Below are positions 1 through 17,755 of a DNA stretch of 64,000 nt, one piece after another. The stretch is taken from assembly GCA_964016885.1 (NCBI GenBank), contig OZ024748.1:29946001-30010000 (forward strand), written 5' to 3'. Each line of letters begins with the position of its first letter. Positions within the stretch are counted from its first letter, which is position 1. This DNA is from Eledone cirrhosa (Eukaryota). The position numbers and the translations under genes are program-made. The notes beneath the pieces were generated by a model, which saw only the letters and a program-made list of their open reading frames with translations, had not been told where the DNA came from and searched no databases.

Positions 1-40
1 CGGTGAAGGCGATGTTGTCGCTTGGCTGCGAAAAGTCCGG

Positions 41-668
41 TTGGTCGCAAGCTTACAGAAGATAGAAGATGTGACTGGCCTCATGGCACTGTACCTGGAT
101 GAACAGAGCCAAAGGGATGCGCAAAAGATTGAGAGGCGCATGATGGAAGCGTTCGCGGAGGGACCGTTAGCCGCTTTAGCTAAGCTGGCAAGAATTAGAT
201 GGAACGGTGAACGCGTTGACATTTTCGCAGCGGAAATACGGCGATTGGCCATGTTGGCTGGATATCAGGTGGAATGCGAACGCACGGTGCAGTTGGCGTT
301 CATAAATGGATTTCCAGACGACATAGCGGTGAAACTGCAGCAAGTCCCGGGTTACAAAGAAATGGAGATGCGTGCACAGGTGGAGCAAGCCCGCATCATA
401 GCGGAAGATGCCAAGAAGAGTGTCGCGGCGATAGCAATTACAGAGGCCCAATGCAGCTGGCAGCGAAATGGTGAAAGGGAGGCAACCACAGCACGCGGTC
501 GCCCGCGAACGTTTAGAGGTCGCTGTTTTAGGTGCCAGGGCCCGCACATGGCGAGAGACTGTAGAGAGTCAAGGCTGGAAAAAATATGCTACCGGTGTAA
601 GCGACCAGGCCACATCGCTACTAGCTGCGACCAGGGAAACGATCCAAGGGGAACTACTGCGCCGGTAG
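41..668 (+). pseudogene. gag: Ty3/Gypsy gag with two CCHC zinc knuckles (5' end runs off the window)
   Basis: ORF 41..793 contains CFRCQGPHMARDC and CYRCKRPGHIATSC (two CX2CX3-4HX4C knuckles) and lies directly upstream of pol. Confidence 0.9.
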
Positions 669-3420
669 TTGCCCCTTACGAAAGTCTTCGTGAGGGGAAA
701 GCCACAGCGAGCCCTCGTGGACACGGGCTGAACGACGGCGGGGGTGGCGCAGAGGTGGAGAGGGAAGAGCAGCGTAAGGGCAGTCGACGGTAGGAAAATT
801 GAATGCCGAGGTCGTAGCGATGTGGCGATGGCGGTACGGGGAAGGAAAATAAGGCTTTCTGCCTTCGTAGTCGACAACGTGGTGGATGGGATCGGCGTGG
901 TTATGGGCATCGACGCAATTGGCCATCTAGGAGGCGTCACAGTGAACAACGTCGGTGTGTCGTTTGGCGGCGCCGCATCGGTATGCGCTGTGAGTACGCG
1001 ACAGAAGGCCCACGAGGAGAAATACCCCGCTTACACTGTGCAGGACACAGACTTCGAGGCCGTGTTCGATGGGCAGCGATGGGTTGTTGAGTGGAACTGG
1101 AAGGGAGAACCACCAACACTGAAGACCAAAGTGGGCTGCTATCAACACACATTGAAGGGAGACATTAGGAGCGAGTTCGAGCGAGAGGTAGAGAGATGGA
1201 TTGAGGAGGGCATACTGCTTCCCTGGAAAGAGGAGGTGAAGTGCGGAGTATTATCGTTAATGGCGGTGGCGCAACCCACGAAGAACAAGGTGAGGCCGGT
1301 ACTGGACTTTCGGGAGCTGAACGAGCACGTATCATGCCACACGGGTGGTGAGGTCACGGATGTCTGTGGGGAAACCCTGCGTGAGTGGAGACGCATGACG
1401 GGGGGTTCCGCAATCGTAGATCTAAAGTCGGCATACTTGCAATTGCATATAGATGAGAAGCTCTGGCAGTATCAGCTGGTCAGGTATAAGGGCCGGACAT
1501 ATTGCCTGACCAGGCTCGGTTTCGGGCTGAGCTCCGCACCGAAGATCATGGCGGCGGTCCTCAAGAACATTCTGGGAAAGGCCGACAAGATGAAGATGGC
1601 CACTAATTCCTACATTGACGACATCCTAGTGGACGAGTCTGTGGTGTCGGCGGCGGAGGTCACGAGCCATTTACAGGGGTATGGACTGGCTGCGAAGCCG
1701 TCAGAAGCGTTGGAGGGAGGAGTCGCGCTGGGACTTAGGCTACGGCGAGACAGGACGGGCGTGTTAGTATTCCAGAGGGGAAATGAAGTTCCAGAACTGG
1801 GCCCAAGTATGAGTAGGCGGGAGCTTTTCTCGGCGTGTGGAAAGTTGATGGGTCACTACCCGATTGCTGGGTGGCTCCGGACGGCATGCAGCTATGTCAA
1901 GAGACGAGCGGGAGGGGTGTCTTGGAGTGACAGAGTGGGAGAGAGGACGGTGGTCATGATGCAGGAGATCGTGGAGAGGGTGAAGGTCGACGACCCAGTG
2001 CGGGGACGCTGGTATGTTCCCAAATCGCAGAGCGGGACCGTATGGTGCGATGTCAGCAGCATAGCGCTGGGTGTCACGTTGGAGATAGGAGGTATTGAGG
2101 TCGAGGATGCAGCCTGGCTTAGGAAGAAGGACGACTGCAACCACATCAATGTGGCCGAACTGGACGCGGGTGAACCTCGCCCTGAGGTGGGGACTGCGCA
2201 CCATCGAGATATGCACCGACTCGGCTACTGTACTCGGATGGGTGAGATCAGTGCTCACCAGTGAGAAAAGAGTGCGGATGAGAGGGGCGGCGGAGATGCT
2301 GATAAAGCGCCGCCTGGAAACTTTAGGAGAGCTGGCCACCGAGTTCGACCTGAAGCTGAGCGTAGTTTTCGTGCCCTCAGAGAAAAATAGGGTGAAGAAA
2401 GCCTGGATAGAAGCGCCGGAGGAGGTAGAAGAGGAGATAGCTGCCGTGTGTCGGCTGATCGAGTCGGATCTGAAAGGGTTGCATGACATGCACCACATGG
2501 GAGTGGATAGGACTCTGTTCCTAGCCAGGAGAATCGCCTCGGACGTTAACAGACACAGTGTTCAAAGAGTGGTTAGAGGCTGCGTCCGATTTCAGTCCAT
2601 TGATCCCGCCCCGGGTGTGCACGAAACGGGAAGCTTCCCGGTGGATCGCGACTGGAAGCGATTGGCGGTGGATGTAACACACTACCGACAGGGAACGTAC
2701 CTCTCGATGGTCGACTGTGGACCGGGACGGATGGCGATATGCAGGGAGATGAAGACTGGAACGGCCGAGGAAATCATGCGGACGTTGAGAGAGGTATTCT
2801 TGGAGCGAGGCCCTGTGAACGAACTGCTGATGGACAACAGCGCAGCGTCCCGCTCGGAGGCGCTGAGGGAGATGCTCGATGGATGGAAGGTGGACTGTTT
2901 CTTCAGAGCAGCGTTCAGGCCGAGCGGAAATGGAATCGTGGAGCGACACCACCGGACGATCAAAGCAATGGCGGAGCGGGGCCACATCTCACCAATGGAG
3001 GCAGTGTTCTGGTACAACATGTCTCCTCGGGTGGGACAGGTTGAGGAATCGGTGCCACACAGAGCAGTATTCAGATACGAGTGGCGGCACCCGTGCACGC
3101 CACCACAACAGCCAGTGGGGAGAAAGAATGCATTCGTGTAGGTGGGCGAAGAAGTCTGGGTTAAGCCTCCAGATGCACGTTGCACATCTCAATGGGGAAG
3201 AGGAACGGCGACGGCCGTAAATTCCCAGAACAATGTGTCTGTGGACAGAGTACCACGTCATGTCCTGGATGTTCGTAGAATTACTGTGTCAACGGACCCC
3301 GAAGAAGAGGAAACCCAAAGTGCCGCCCCAACACTGCGGAGATCGCAAAGAAGTCACAAACCAGCAACCTGGACAGCAGACTTTCATATGCAGAAGGACG
3401 AGTGGCAAATTGATCCTTGA
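669..3420 (+). pseudogene. pol: Ty3/Gypsy pol (protease, RT, RNase H, integrase), disrupted
   Basis: Protease RALVDTG followed by TGA at 729-731; RT motifs RPVLDFRELN, DLKSAY, RLGFGL, YIDD; RNase H WCDVS...HINVAELDA with a frameshift near 2170; integrase HDMHH..C, LAVDV, MDN, GNGIVER; in-frame TAG at 3139-3141. Integrase after RT is the Gypsy domain order. Confidence 0.93.
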
Positions 3421-3437
3421 GATCAGGGGGGGGGGCG

Positions 3438-3631
3438 TGTGGGTATGGTGTGGTGTGCAGTAGTCGGAAGCTGGGGAGTGCTCGACCGGAAGAGTGCTTG
3501 ACCGGAAGGGTGCTTGGCCGGAAGGGTGCTCGACCGGAAGGGCCAGCAGGTCGGCTTCTCTCTAGGGTGATCAGAAACGTGGTGGACGTCAGTTTTGCAG
3601 CTCCCGGTTAACGAGTTGGATTGTACGCACA
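3438..3631 (+). mobile_element. 3' LTR of the Gypsy element (about 194 bp), preceded by a polypurine tract
   Basis: PPT AGGGGGGGGGGCG at 3425-3437, then TGTGGG...CGCACA (TG...CA termini). The right boundary is inferred because the 5' LTR is not in the window. Confidence 0.7.
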
Positions 3632-3649
3632 TGGGAGAGGAGAAACCAG

Positions 3650-3875
3650 CCATGGGATTTAGCGGCGCCTGCGAAAGTGGTAAGTGAGGTAGCTTTTTCT
3701 AACCACAAAAGCCACTCCAACTCGCGGGGTTCACACTTGCGGCTGGCCAGCTCAGCGCCTATGGTGGTGAGTAGGGAGGTAGCCCTAGGGCCGAGGACAC
3801 CAGAAGTTTCCACTGTCAGAGGTGCAAACCTGTCGGAGAGCGACCGGTATTTGGCCCGCTTATGTCGCAACTAAC
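3650..3875 (-). mobile_element. CRE-clade (restriction-like endonuclease) non-LTR retrotransposon 3' fragment
   Basis: Translation KYRSLSDRFAPLTVETSGVLGPRATSLLTTIGAELASRKCEPRELEWL matches the C-terminal REL motif pattern; near-identical to 39325-39600. Confidence 0.75.
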
Positions 3876-3984
3876 CATCATATCTGGTGGCTGTATCGCT
3901 ATCTGCCACCTGCGATCCGTTCTCTAACAGAACAGCTCTGCCGAGATTTTGAATCCTAATCTTAATATATTAATGTGTACCAAT

Positions 3985-4175
3985 GGGCGGTGGATTGGCA
4001 GTATCGGTAGATAGTCGGACGCCATGCTTTGCAGCGCAGTTATGTCCCTTTACGGACTGAGTTCAAATCCCGCCGATGTTAACTTTGCCTTTCATCCTTC
4101 CGGGGTCGATAAAATAAAGTACCAGTAATACATTGAGTTAATTACTGGCCTTGTGCCAAAAGTAGAAACAATTAA
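3985..4175 (+). mobile_element. tRNA-derived SINE, family A, full length with TSD
   Basis: A-box-like TGGCAGTATCGG, B-box GAGTTCAAATCC, body TTTGCCTTTCATCC..GGGGTCGATAAAATAAAGTACCAG; flanking direct repeat ATTAATGTGTA (3969-3979 and 4171-4181); more than 10 copies in the window. Confidence 0.88.
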
Positions 4176-4839
4176 TGTGTATTACTTATTGGTATTGTCC
4201 ATTTGTTATATTTACACCATGTAAACCTCACTTCACTTTTTCGTGTTTGTTGTTGCTTTTTCCTATATATTTTGTCTTTGTATTCTCCCAAAATGCCAGA
4301 GTGGTTTTACTATCGAAACGATCTAAGTTTGGCCGTCGGGCACTCCACGATATAATATAATTTTATATGTATATGAGAGGGAGATAGAGAGAAAGAAAGA
4401 GAGAGAAGAGCAGAGGGAAAGATAGATATATAGATAGATAGTGAAAATGAGACAAAAGCAGAGAGATAGGGAGAGATGAGAAAGATAAAGGAGGTAGAGA
4501 GGGGAGGAAGGAGGGAGGTAGAGAGAGGGGAGAAGGGGGAGTGCTAATCAATGACAGAAGTCTAGCAAGTGTCCCCTTCAAATTTAGCACTTGTACCCAT
4601 GATCACACAATAGTGCCACTCCCTCTACCAACATCACCGCCACCACTACCACCACAACCTATATAATATTACATGTAAGCCCTCGTACTTTATCACCAGT
4701 AGAGTCATCACCACTACCAGCAACACCACCACCACCATCCATACCACCAGCAGCAATTACAAATATCATAGCATTACGTTTCTCCTTCCTTTCCCATTCG
4801 TTTAAAAAACCCTCAGTCTCTCTCTCGTCTCTCTATTCG

Positions 4840-4873
<34 letters not shown>

Positions 4874-4987
4874 TCTCTCTCTCACTCTCACCCCAATCTA
4901 AATCTCTCTCTATCTCTCAGTCTCCCACTCTTGCCATAATCTAAGTATCTCTCTCTTACTCTATCCAAGTCTCGCTCTTAATCCTAT

Positions 4988-5052
<65 letters not shown>

Positions 5053-6142
5053 TAAAGATATATATATATATATATATATATCGTTATACTTGGGGAGGGT
5101 CATATTTGTGTAATATTGCCAGAATTAATAATATATATATATCTTTATCTATATATCTATCTCGCGCTCTATCTATCTATTTCTTTCTCTCTTTTTAAAT
5201 ACATTTATCTCTATCTAACTATCTATCTCCCTCTCTCTATATATATCTCTATCTATTTATCTATATCTCACATCACTTTTGAATCTGCGTGGTTTATAAG
5301 ATGGTGACCGTATCACTACAATTACTACTACTCCTACCATTACTATTACTACAGTACTGCCTGCCTGACTGCTTCGCTTGTGTATATATGTTATTATAGA
5401 GTGGCAGTTGGTGAAGTCAAAACCTATTATATTATCCTCTTGCGAACATTTTCACATTCACACTCTATCTATCTCTTTTTCTCTGTCTTTCTCACTCTAT
5501 TTATCTATATCTGAAGAGGGAAGCTTCAGGTTGTCTTCCTGACACCTACACATCTCATACTTTAATACAGATATTTATATGTTATATACACTGTAGTATA
5601 TACATACACCTGTACATCACACGAAAACCGAAAACCCGTACTCACTTGTGCATATATATATTTATATGTATATATACAAATATATATATATTTATATGTA
5701 GATATAAATATATATATATATTTCTATATATATATTTATATATAAATATATATATATATTCATATGTAAATATACACTAGTATATATATATGTGTGTGTG
5801 TGTGTCTGCATTCATACATGTATTGGTGCATGCACTTGCTACGTGCATGGTGCAGTTAGTGATCTGATAAATTCTAATATATAAACGGTGGGATATAAAC
5901 GAGCAAGGTATAGACCTGGAGACGGATAATTACTTTACAAATAACAACAACGGCAACGAAAACGGAGGAGACAAAGTCGATAAGGACGGACAGGCAGCAA
6001 ACATGAAACAAATCGACCACAGTCAAATATTCTCGGGTCACAAGGTATATATACACCCATCTGTCTGTTTGCCTGTCTTAATATCTGCCTATCTGTCTAT
6101 CTATCTATTTATCATCCATCTATCTATCTATCTATCTATCTA

Positions 6143-6671
6143 TACACGTTTTTATTGTATGTAAACTTCCCCCTTTGTATTTGTCCCCTTCTTTTGTGCC
6201 CCTGTGGCTAATAAAGAAATATATCTATCTATCTATAAGAGTTACGGCCCTTTATGGTCTGAGTTCAAATCCCGCCGAGGTTAACTTTGCTTTTCATCCT
6301 TACGGGGTCGATAAAATAAAGTACCAGTAATACACTGTGATAATTGCTGGCCTTGTTCCAAAATTAGAAACAATTATTAAAGAAATTTATCTATCCATCT
6401 ATCTATCTATCTTCTCTCTATATCAGCCCGTAGGTTGAGGAAAAGGAGGAGGAGAGGAAAGGAATACAAGCTCTTCGTACTCCTGGAGATGAGGGTTGCA
6501 CATTTTTTTTCGGGGGTATGTGTTACCCATATAAACTGTCTCCCTCTATTGGGGAAAATCGACTAACTTTTTAAATTCCATCTGTGATAACATTTTACAC
6601 GTTTTTATTGTATGTAAACTTCCCCCTTTGTATTTGTCCCCTTCTTTTGTGCCCCTGTGGCTAATAAAGAA

Positions 6672-6714
<43 letters not shown>

Positions 6715-7005
6715 AAAGATGGCCCGAGTGGTTGGGCCTTCTCTCTATATAAGCCAGTAGGTTGAGGAAAAAAGAGGAAGAGAGAAAGGGAGTACTCATT
6801 CTTGGTGCTCCTGGAGATTAGGGTTGTACATTTTTTCGGGGTGTGTACAACCCCTGTGTAACGCTTCCCCCCTATTAGGGATTTCAATTGTTATTTGTTA
6901 TTTTATTAATAGTTTTATTTTCATATACCTGTATGTAAACTCCCAATTTGTATTTGTCCCCTTCCTTTGTGCTCTTGTGGCTAATAAAGAAATTTATCTA
7001 TCTAT
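6143..7005 (+). repeat. Tandem cluster of LINE-like 3' ends with (CTAT)n tails, plus a SINE A copy at 6237-6378
   Basis: TGTATGTAAAC...TGTGGCTAATAAAGAAAT(CTAT)n occurs three times (about 6145, 6596, 6930); blocks 6410-6560 and 6740-6880 are similar to each other. Confidence 0.65.
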
Positions 7006-7079
7006 ATATATTTATATATGTTAGGTAATTCCGAAGATAAAGCAAAGGAAAAAAGAGTGCTCTATGTATAGAACAGATC

Positions 7080-7262
7080 TATTTAATTAGAAAGTGAACA
7101 ACCCAATATATAACTACTCCATTACCAAAGGTTTCAGGACCCTAGACAGTATTAATATACGTCTAGATCGTTATATATAACCCCCCTATCTGATGAACGA
7201 TCTAGACATATATTAATACTGTCTAGAGTTATATTTTATGTTGTTCACTTTCTAATTAAATA
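7080..7262. repeat. Inverted repeat carrying a split hammerhead motif (PLE 3'-end remnant)
   Basis: Arms 7080-7172 and 7196-7262 are reverse complements. The right arm is preceded by CTGATGA (7190); the reverse complement of the left arm supplies GAAACCTTTGGTA ATGGAG. Confidence 0.65.
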
Positions 7263-7295
7263 TATATATATTTATATAATATATATTTATATATT

Positions 7296-7328
<33 letters not shown>

Positions 7329-7661
7329 TATATATATATATTTATATATATTATATATATATATATTATATATATATTTATATATATATTATATATATAT
7401 TTATATATATTATATATATATTTATATATATTATATATATATTTATATATATATTATATATATATTTATATATATTATATATATATTTATATATATTATA
7501 TATATATTTATATATATATTATATATATATTTATATATATTATATATATATTTATATATATTATATATATATATTTATATATATTATATGTATATATATT
7601 TATATATATTATATGTATATATATTTATATATATTATATATATATATATATTTATATATAT

Positions 7662-7792
<131 letters not shown>

Positions 7793-7918
7793 ATGTATAT
7801 TTATATATATATATATTTATATATATATTTATATATATTATATATATATATATATTTATATATATTATATATATATATATATTTATATATATTATATATA
7901 TATATTTATATATATATT

Positions 7919-8057
<139 letters not shown>

Positions 8058-8060
8058 ATT

Positions 8061-8225
<165 letters not shown>

Positions 8226-8281
8226 ATTTATATATATTTATATATATATATATTTATATATATATATATTATATATATATA

Positions 8282-8324
<43 letters not shown>

Positions 8325-8509
8325 TTATATATATATATATTTATATATATATTTATATATATATATATTTATATATATATATTTATATATATATATTTAT
8401 ATTTATATATATATTTATATTTATATATTTATATTTATATATATATTTATATATATATATTTATATATATATATTTATATATATATTTATATATATATAT
8501 ATTTATATT

Positions 8510-8543
<34 letters not shown>

Positions 8544-8565
8544 TATAAATATATTTATATATATT

Positions 8566-8599
<34 letters not shown>

Positions 8600-8621
8600 T
8601 ATAAATATATTTATATATATT

Positions 8622-8655
<34 letters not shown>

Positions 8656-8677
8656 TATAAATATATTTATATATATT

Positions 8678-8711
<34 letters not shown>

Positions 8712-8732
8712 TATAAATATATTATATATATT

Positions 8733-8766
<34 letters not shown>

Positions 8767-8892
8767 TATAAATATATTTATATATATATATATATTTATA
8801 AATATATTTATATATATATTTATATATATATTTATATATATATTTATATATATATTTATATATATATTTATATATATATTTATATATATATT

Positions 8893-8927
<35 letters not shown>

Positions 8928-8986
8928 TTATATTTATATATATATTTATATTTATATATATATTTATATATATATATATTTATATT

Positions 8987-9020
<34 letters not shown>

Positions 9021-9042
9021 TATAAATATATTTATATATATT

Positions 9043-9076
<34 letters not shown>

Positions 9077-9201
9077 TATAAATATATTTATATATATATA
9101 TATATTTATAAATATATTTATATATATATATATATTTAATATATATATTTATATATATATTTATATATATATTTATATATATATTTATATATATATTTAT
9201 A

Positions 9202-9232
<31 letters not shown>

Positions 9233-9320
9233 TTATATATATATTTATATTTATATATATATTTATATATATATATATATTTATATATATATTTATATAC
9301 ATATATATATTATATATATT

Positions 9321-9351
<31 letters not shown>

Positions 9352-9737
9352 ATATTTATATATATATTTATATATATATATATATTTATATATATATTTA
9401 TATATATATATATATTTTATATATATATATATATTTATTTATTTATATATATATATTTATATATATTTATTTATTTATATATATATATTTATATATATAT
9501 ATTTATATATATATATTTATATATATATATATATTTATATATATATTTATATTTATATATATATATATATTTATATATATATTTATATTTATATATATAT
9601 ATATATTTATATATATATTTATATTTATATATATATATATATTTATTTTATATATATATATTTATATATATATATTTATATATATATTTATTTATTTATA
9701 TATATATATTTATATATATATATTTATATATTTATAT

Positions 9738-10445
9738 ACTCTTTTACTCTTTTACCTGTTTCAGCCATCCGGCTGAGGCCATGCTGGGGCACCGCCCTTG
9801 TTGCTACACATTTTATCTCCAGCCTGTATAAGTTGGCCACTGGTGTAAGAGTTTGTTGCTGCTGCCCTTAGGTTTCCCTCGTGTCTCGCTGTGGGCTCAT
9901 CCGGATCCTGGATAACAAGGTGTCGAGATGTTTCTTAAAGACATCCACCTCCACGTCATGCAAGTCTCTCAGATGCCTCGGCAGCCTGTTGAAGAGTTGA
10001 GGGCCCTTGAATCCCAGTCTATTGCAATACCTGCTCCTTATTCTAGATGTGGAAGACGGGACCTTTGGCACCACACAGTGACGTCCTGTTCGACGGTTGG
10101 TCAGCTCCCAATGCCAAAGTTTGGTGCTAGTCCCTCCAGGATTTTCCACATGTAGATCACTGCGTATCTCTCCCGTCTTCGCTCCAAGGAGTAGAGGTTC
10201 AGTTCCTTTAGCCTCTCCCAGTAGCTTGTCTCCCTCATCTTGGCAATCCTATGGTGTAGCTTCGCTGGATTGCCTCAATCTCCGTGGTTAGTTTGACACT
10301 ATGGCGTGACCACAGCTGGGAGCAGTAGTCCAGGCAGCTTAGGACAAAAGTCCTCCACAGTGTCAACATGGTGTCTCGATCTCTTGTAAGGAAAGTCCTC
10401 AAGATCCAGCCAGCAAATCGTCTACATGTTGTCGCCACCTTCATG
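9738..10445 (-). mobile_element. CR1/L2-group LINE 3' end (ORF2 C-terminus, 3' UTR, (GAGTAAAA)n tail)
   Basis: [35 protein letters not shown] and GPQLFNRLPRHLRD..VDVFKKHLDTLL; tail GCGGTGCCCCAGCATGGCC...GTAAAAGAGTAAAAGAGTA on the minus strand. Confidence 0.85.
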
Positions 10446-10462
10446 ATATATATATATATATT

Positions 10463-10522
<60 letters not shown>

Positions 10523-10568
10523 TATATTTATATATATATATTTATATTTATATATATATATTTATATT

Positions 10569-10599
<31 letters not shown>

Positions 10600-10800
10600 A
10601 TATATTTATATTTATATATATATATTTATATTTATATATATATATTTATATATATATATTTATATATTTATATATATATATTAATATTTATATATATATA
10701 TTAATATTTATATATTTATATTTATATATATATATTATATTTATATATATATATTTATATTTATATATATATATATAATATATTTATATATATATATGTT

Positions 10801-10831
<31 letters not shown>

Positions 10832-10864
10832 ATATATATAAATATATATATATAATAAATATAT

Positions 10865-10895
<31 letters not shown>

Positions 10896-10901
10896 AATAT
10901 A

Positions 10902-11007
<106 letters not shown>

Positions 11008-11016
11008 TATATATAA

Positions 11017-11059
<43 letters not shown>

Positions 11060-11359
11060 TATATATAAATATATATATAAATATATATATATATAAATAT
11101 ATATATAAATATATATATATATAAATATATATATAAATAAATATAAATATATATATTTATATATATATAAATATATATATTTATATATATATTTATATAT
11201 ATATTTATATATATATATTATATATATATATTTATATATATATATTTATATATATATATTATATATATATATTTATATATATATATTATATATATATATA
11301 TTATATATATATATATTTATATATATATATTATATATATATATATTTATATATATATAT

Positions 11360-11438
<79 letters not shown>

Positions 11439-11485
11439 ATATATTTATATATATATATTATATATATATATATATATATTTATAT

Positions 11486-11547
<62 letters not shown>

Positions 11548-11603
11548 TTATATATATATTATTTATATATATATATTTATATATATATATATTTATATAT
11601 ATA

Positions 11604-11647
<44 letters not shown>

Positions 11648-11757
11648 ATATATATATATTTTATATTTATATATATATTATTTATATATATATATTTATA
11701 TATATATTATTTATATATATATATTTATATATATATATATTTATATATATATTTATA

Positions 11758-11835
<78 letters not shown>

Positions 11836-11960
11836 ATATATATATATATATTATATATATATTTATATATATATATATATTATATATATATTTATATATA
11901 TATATATATTATATATATATATATTTATATATATATATTATATATATATATATTTATATA

Positions 11961-12044
<84 letters not shown>

Positions 12045-12124
12045 ATATATATATATATATTTATATATATATTTATATATATATTATATATATATTTATA
12101 TATATATATTTATATATATATATT

Positions 12125-12156
<32 letters not shown>

Positions 12157-12186
12157 TATATATATATATATTTATATATATATATT

Positions 12187-12219
<33 letters not shown>

Positions 12220-12236
12220 ATATTTATATATATATT

Positions 12237-12285
<49 letters not shown>

Positions 12286-12453
12286 AAATATGGCAACATT
12301 GAGGACCGAGTAAGTTATATTTATATATATTTTTATATATTTATATATATATATTTATATTTATATATATATATTTATATATATATATTTATATATATTT
12401 ATATATTTATATATATATTTATATATTTATATATATATTTATACATATATATT

Positions 12454-12493
<40 letters not shown>

Positions 12494-12780
12494 TATATAT
12501 ATATATTTATATATATATATTTTATATATATATATTTATATATATATATTTATATATATATATTTATAGATATATATATTTATATATATATTTATATATA
12601 TATTTATATATATATTTATATATATATTTATATATATATTTATATATATTTATATATATATTTATATATATATTTATATATATATTTATATATATTTATA
12701 TATTTATATATATATTTATATATATATTTATATTTATATATATTTATATATTTATATATATATTTATATATATATATATA

Positions 12781-12860
12781 TCAGGAAAGAAGGTTGACAT
12801 GGTTTGCTATACAAAAAAGGTTTAATCACATAGCTTACATTTGTTTCACTGAGCTGGCAT
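12781..12860 (-). mobile_element. 80-bp PLE 3'-terminal fragment inside (TA)n
   Basis: Similar to the PLE terminus at 46583-46660 (ACATGGT..TACAAAAAAGG..TGTTTCACTGA); the minus strand carries the hammerhead 3' half TGAAACAAATGTA. Confidence 0.55.
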
Positions 12861-12913
12861 ATATAAATATATATTTATATATATCTTTATATATTTATAT
12901 ATATATTTATATT

Positions 12914-13054
<141 letters not shown>

Positions 13055-13058
13055 ATAT

Positions 13059-13125
<67 letters not shown>

Positions 13126-13138
13126 ATATTTATATATA

Positions 13139-13313
<175 letters not shown>

Positions 13314-13315
13314 TA

Positions 13316-13442
<127 letters not shown>

Positions 13443-13445
13443 ATT

Positions 13446-13528
<83 letters not shown>

Positions 13529-13529
13529 T

Positions 13530-13562
<33 letters not shown>

Positions 13563-13782
13563 ATTTATATATATATATTTATATATATATTTATATATAT
13601 ATATATTTATATATATATATATTTATATATATATATATTTATATATATATATATTTATATATATATATATTTATATATTATATATTTATATATATATATA
13701 TTTATATATATATATATTTATATATATATATATTTATATATATATATATTTATATATATATATATTTATATATATATATATT

Positions 13783-13817
<35 letters not shown>

Positions 13818-13836
13818 ATTTATATATATATATATT

Positions 13837-14639
<803 letters not shown>

Positions 14640-14706
14640 TTAAGTAAGTGCCATACTAAGAGTGAGAAATGAAATTTCGTTTTCATTTTGTTTCAATTTA
14701 TATATT

Positions 14707-14737
<31 letters not shown>

Positions 14738-14754
14738 ATATATATTTATATATT

Positions 14755-14792
<38 letters not shown>

Positions 14793-14848
14793 TATATATA
14801 TATATATATATTTATATATTTGTATATATATATATTTATATATATATA

Positions 14849-15006
<158 letters not shown>

Positions 15007-15030
15007 TATATATATATATTTATATATATA

Positions 15031-15255
<225 letters not shown>

Positions 15256-15272
15256 ATTTATATATATATATT

Positions 15273-15304
<32 letters not shown>

Positions 15305-15348
15305 TATATATATATATATATATTTATATATATTTATATATATATATT

Positions 15349-15563
<215 letters not shown>

Positions 15564-15564
15564 T

Positions 15565-15595
<31 letters not shown>

Positions 15596-15625
15596 ATATA
15601 TATATAAATATATTTATATATATAT

Positions 15626-15657
<32 letters not shown>

Positions 15658-15670
15658 TTATATATATATT

Positions 15671-15702
<32 letters not shown>

Positions 15703-15775
15703 TTATATATATATTTATATATATATTTATATTTATATATATATTTATATTTATATATATATTTATATTTATATT

Positions 15776-15946
<171 letters not shown>

Positions 15947-15996
15947 ATATTATATATATATATATTTATATATATATATATTTATATATATATATT

Positions 15997-16102
<106 letters not shown>

Positions 16103-16103
16103 T

Positions 16104-16174
<71 letters not shown>

Positions 16175-16177
16175 ATT

Positions 16178-16368
<191 letters not shown>

Positions 16369-16373
16369 ATATT

Positions 16374-16453
<80 letters not shown>

Positions 16454-16513
16454 TATATATATATATTTATATATATTTATATTTATATTTATATATATAT
16501 TTATATATATATT

Positions 16514-16568
<55 letters not shown>

Positions 16569-16581
16569 TTATATATATATT

Positions 16582-16656
<75 letters not shown>

Positions 16657-16657
16657 T

Positions 16658-16688
<31 letters not shown>

Positions 16689-16733
16689 TTATATATATAT
16701 TTATATATATATTTATATATTTATATATATATT

Positions 16734-16784
<51 letters not shown>

Positions 16785-16823
16785 CTTTATATATTTATAT
16801 ATATATATATATTTATATATATT

Positions 16824-16872
<49 letters not shown>

Positions 16873-16889
16873 ATATTTATATATATATT

Positions 16890-17360
<471 letters not shown>

Positions 17361-17401
17361 TTATATATATATATTTATATATATATATTTATATATATAT
17401 T

Positions 17402-17436
<35 letters not shown>

Positions 17437-17464
17437 TTATATATATATTTAATATATATATATA

Positions 17465-17505
<41 letters not shown>

Positions 17506-17665
17506 TTATATATAATATTTATATATATTTATATATATATTTATATTTATATATATATTTATATATATATTTATATATATTTATATATATATTTATATAT
17601 ATATATATATTTATATATATATTTATATATATATTTATATTTATATATATATTTATATATATATT

Positions 17666-17698
<33 letters not shown>

Positions 17699-17706
17699 AT
17701 AGATGA

Positions 17707-17755
17707 GATTCTACAGGACTAGAACTGTTTCATTCATTAGAAATCATCAGGAATC
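17707..17755 (-). ncRNA. Type I hammerhead ribozyme, intact core (mirror copy with stem II deleted at 17757-17795, + strand)
   Basis: Minus strand reads GATTC CTGATGA T TTC TAAT GAA T GAAA CAG TTCTAGTC CTG TA GAATC; all three stems pair. Confidence 0.85.

Noticed and set aside
634-640. G GGA AAC slippery site as the Gypsy gag-pol frameshift
   Set aside because: The -1 frame stops at TGA 691-693 and pol is in the +1 frame in this copy; an indel near 670 is more likely. A family consensus is needed to decide.
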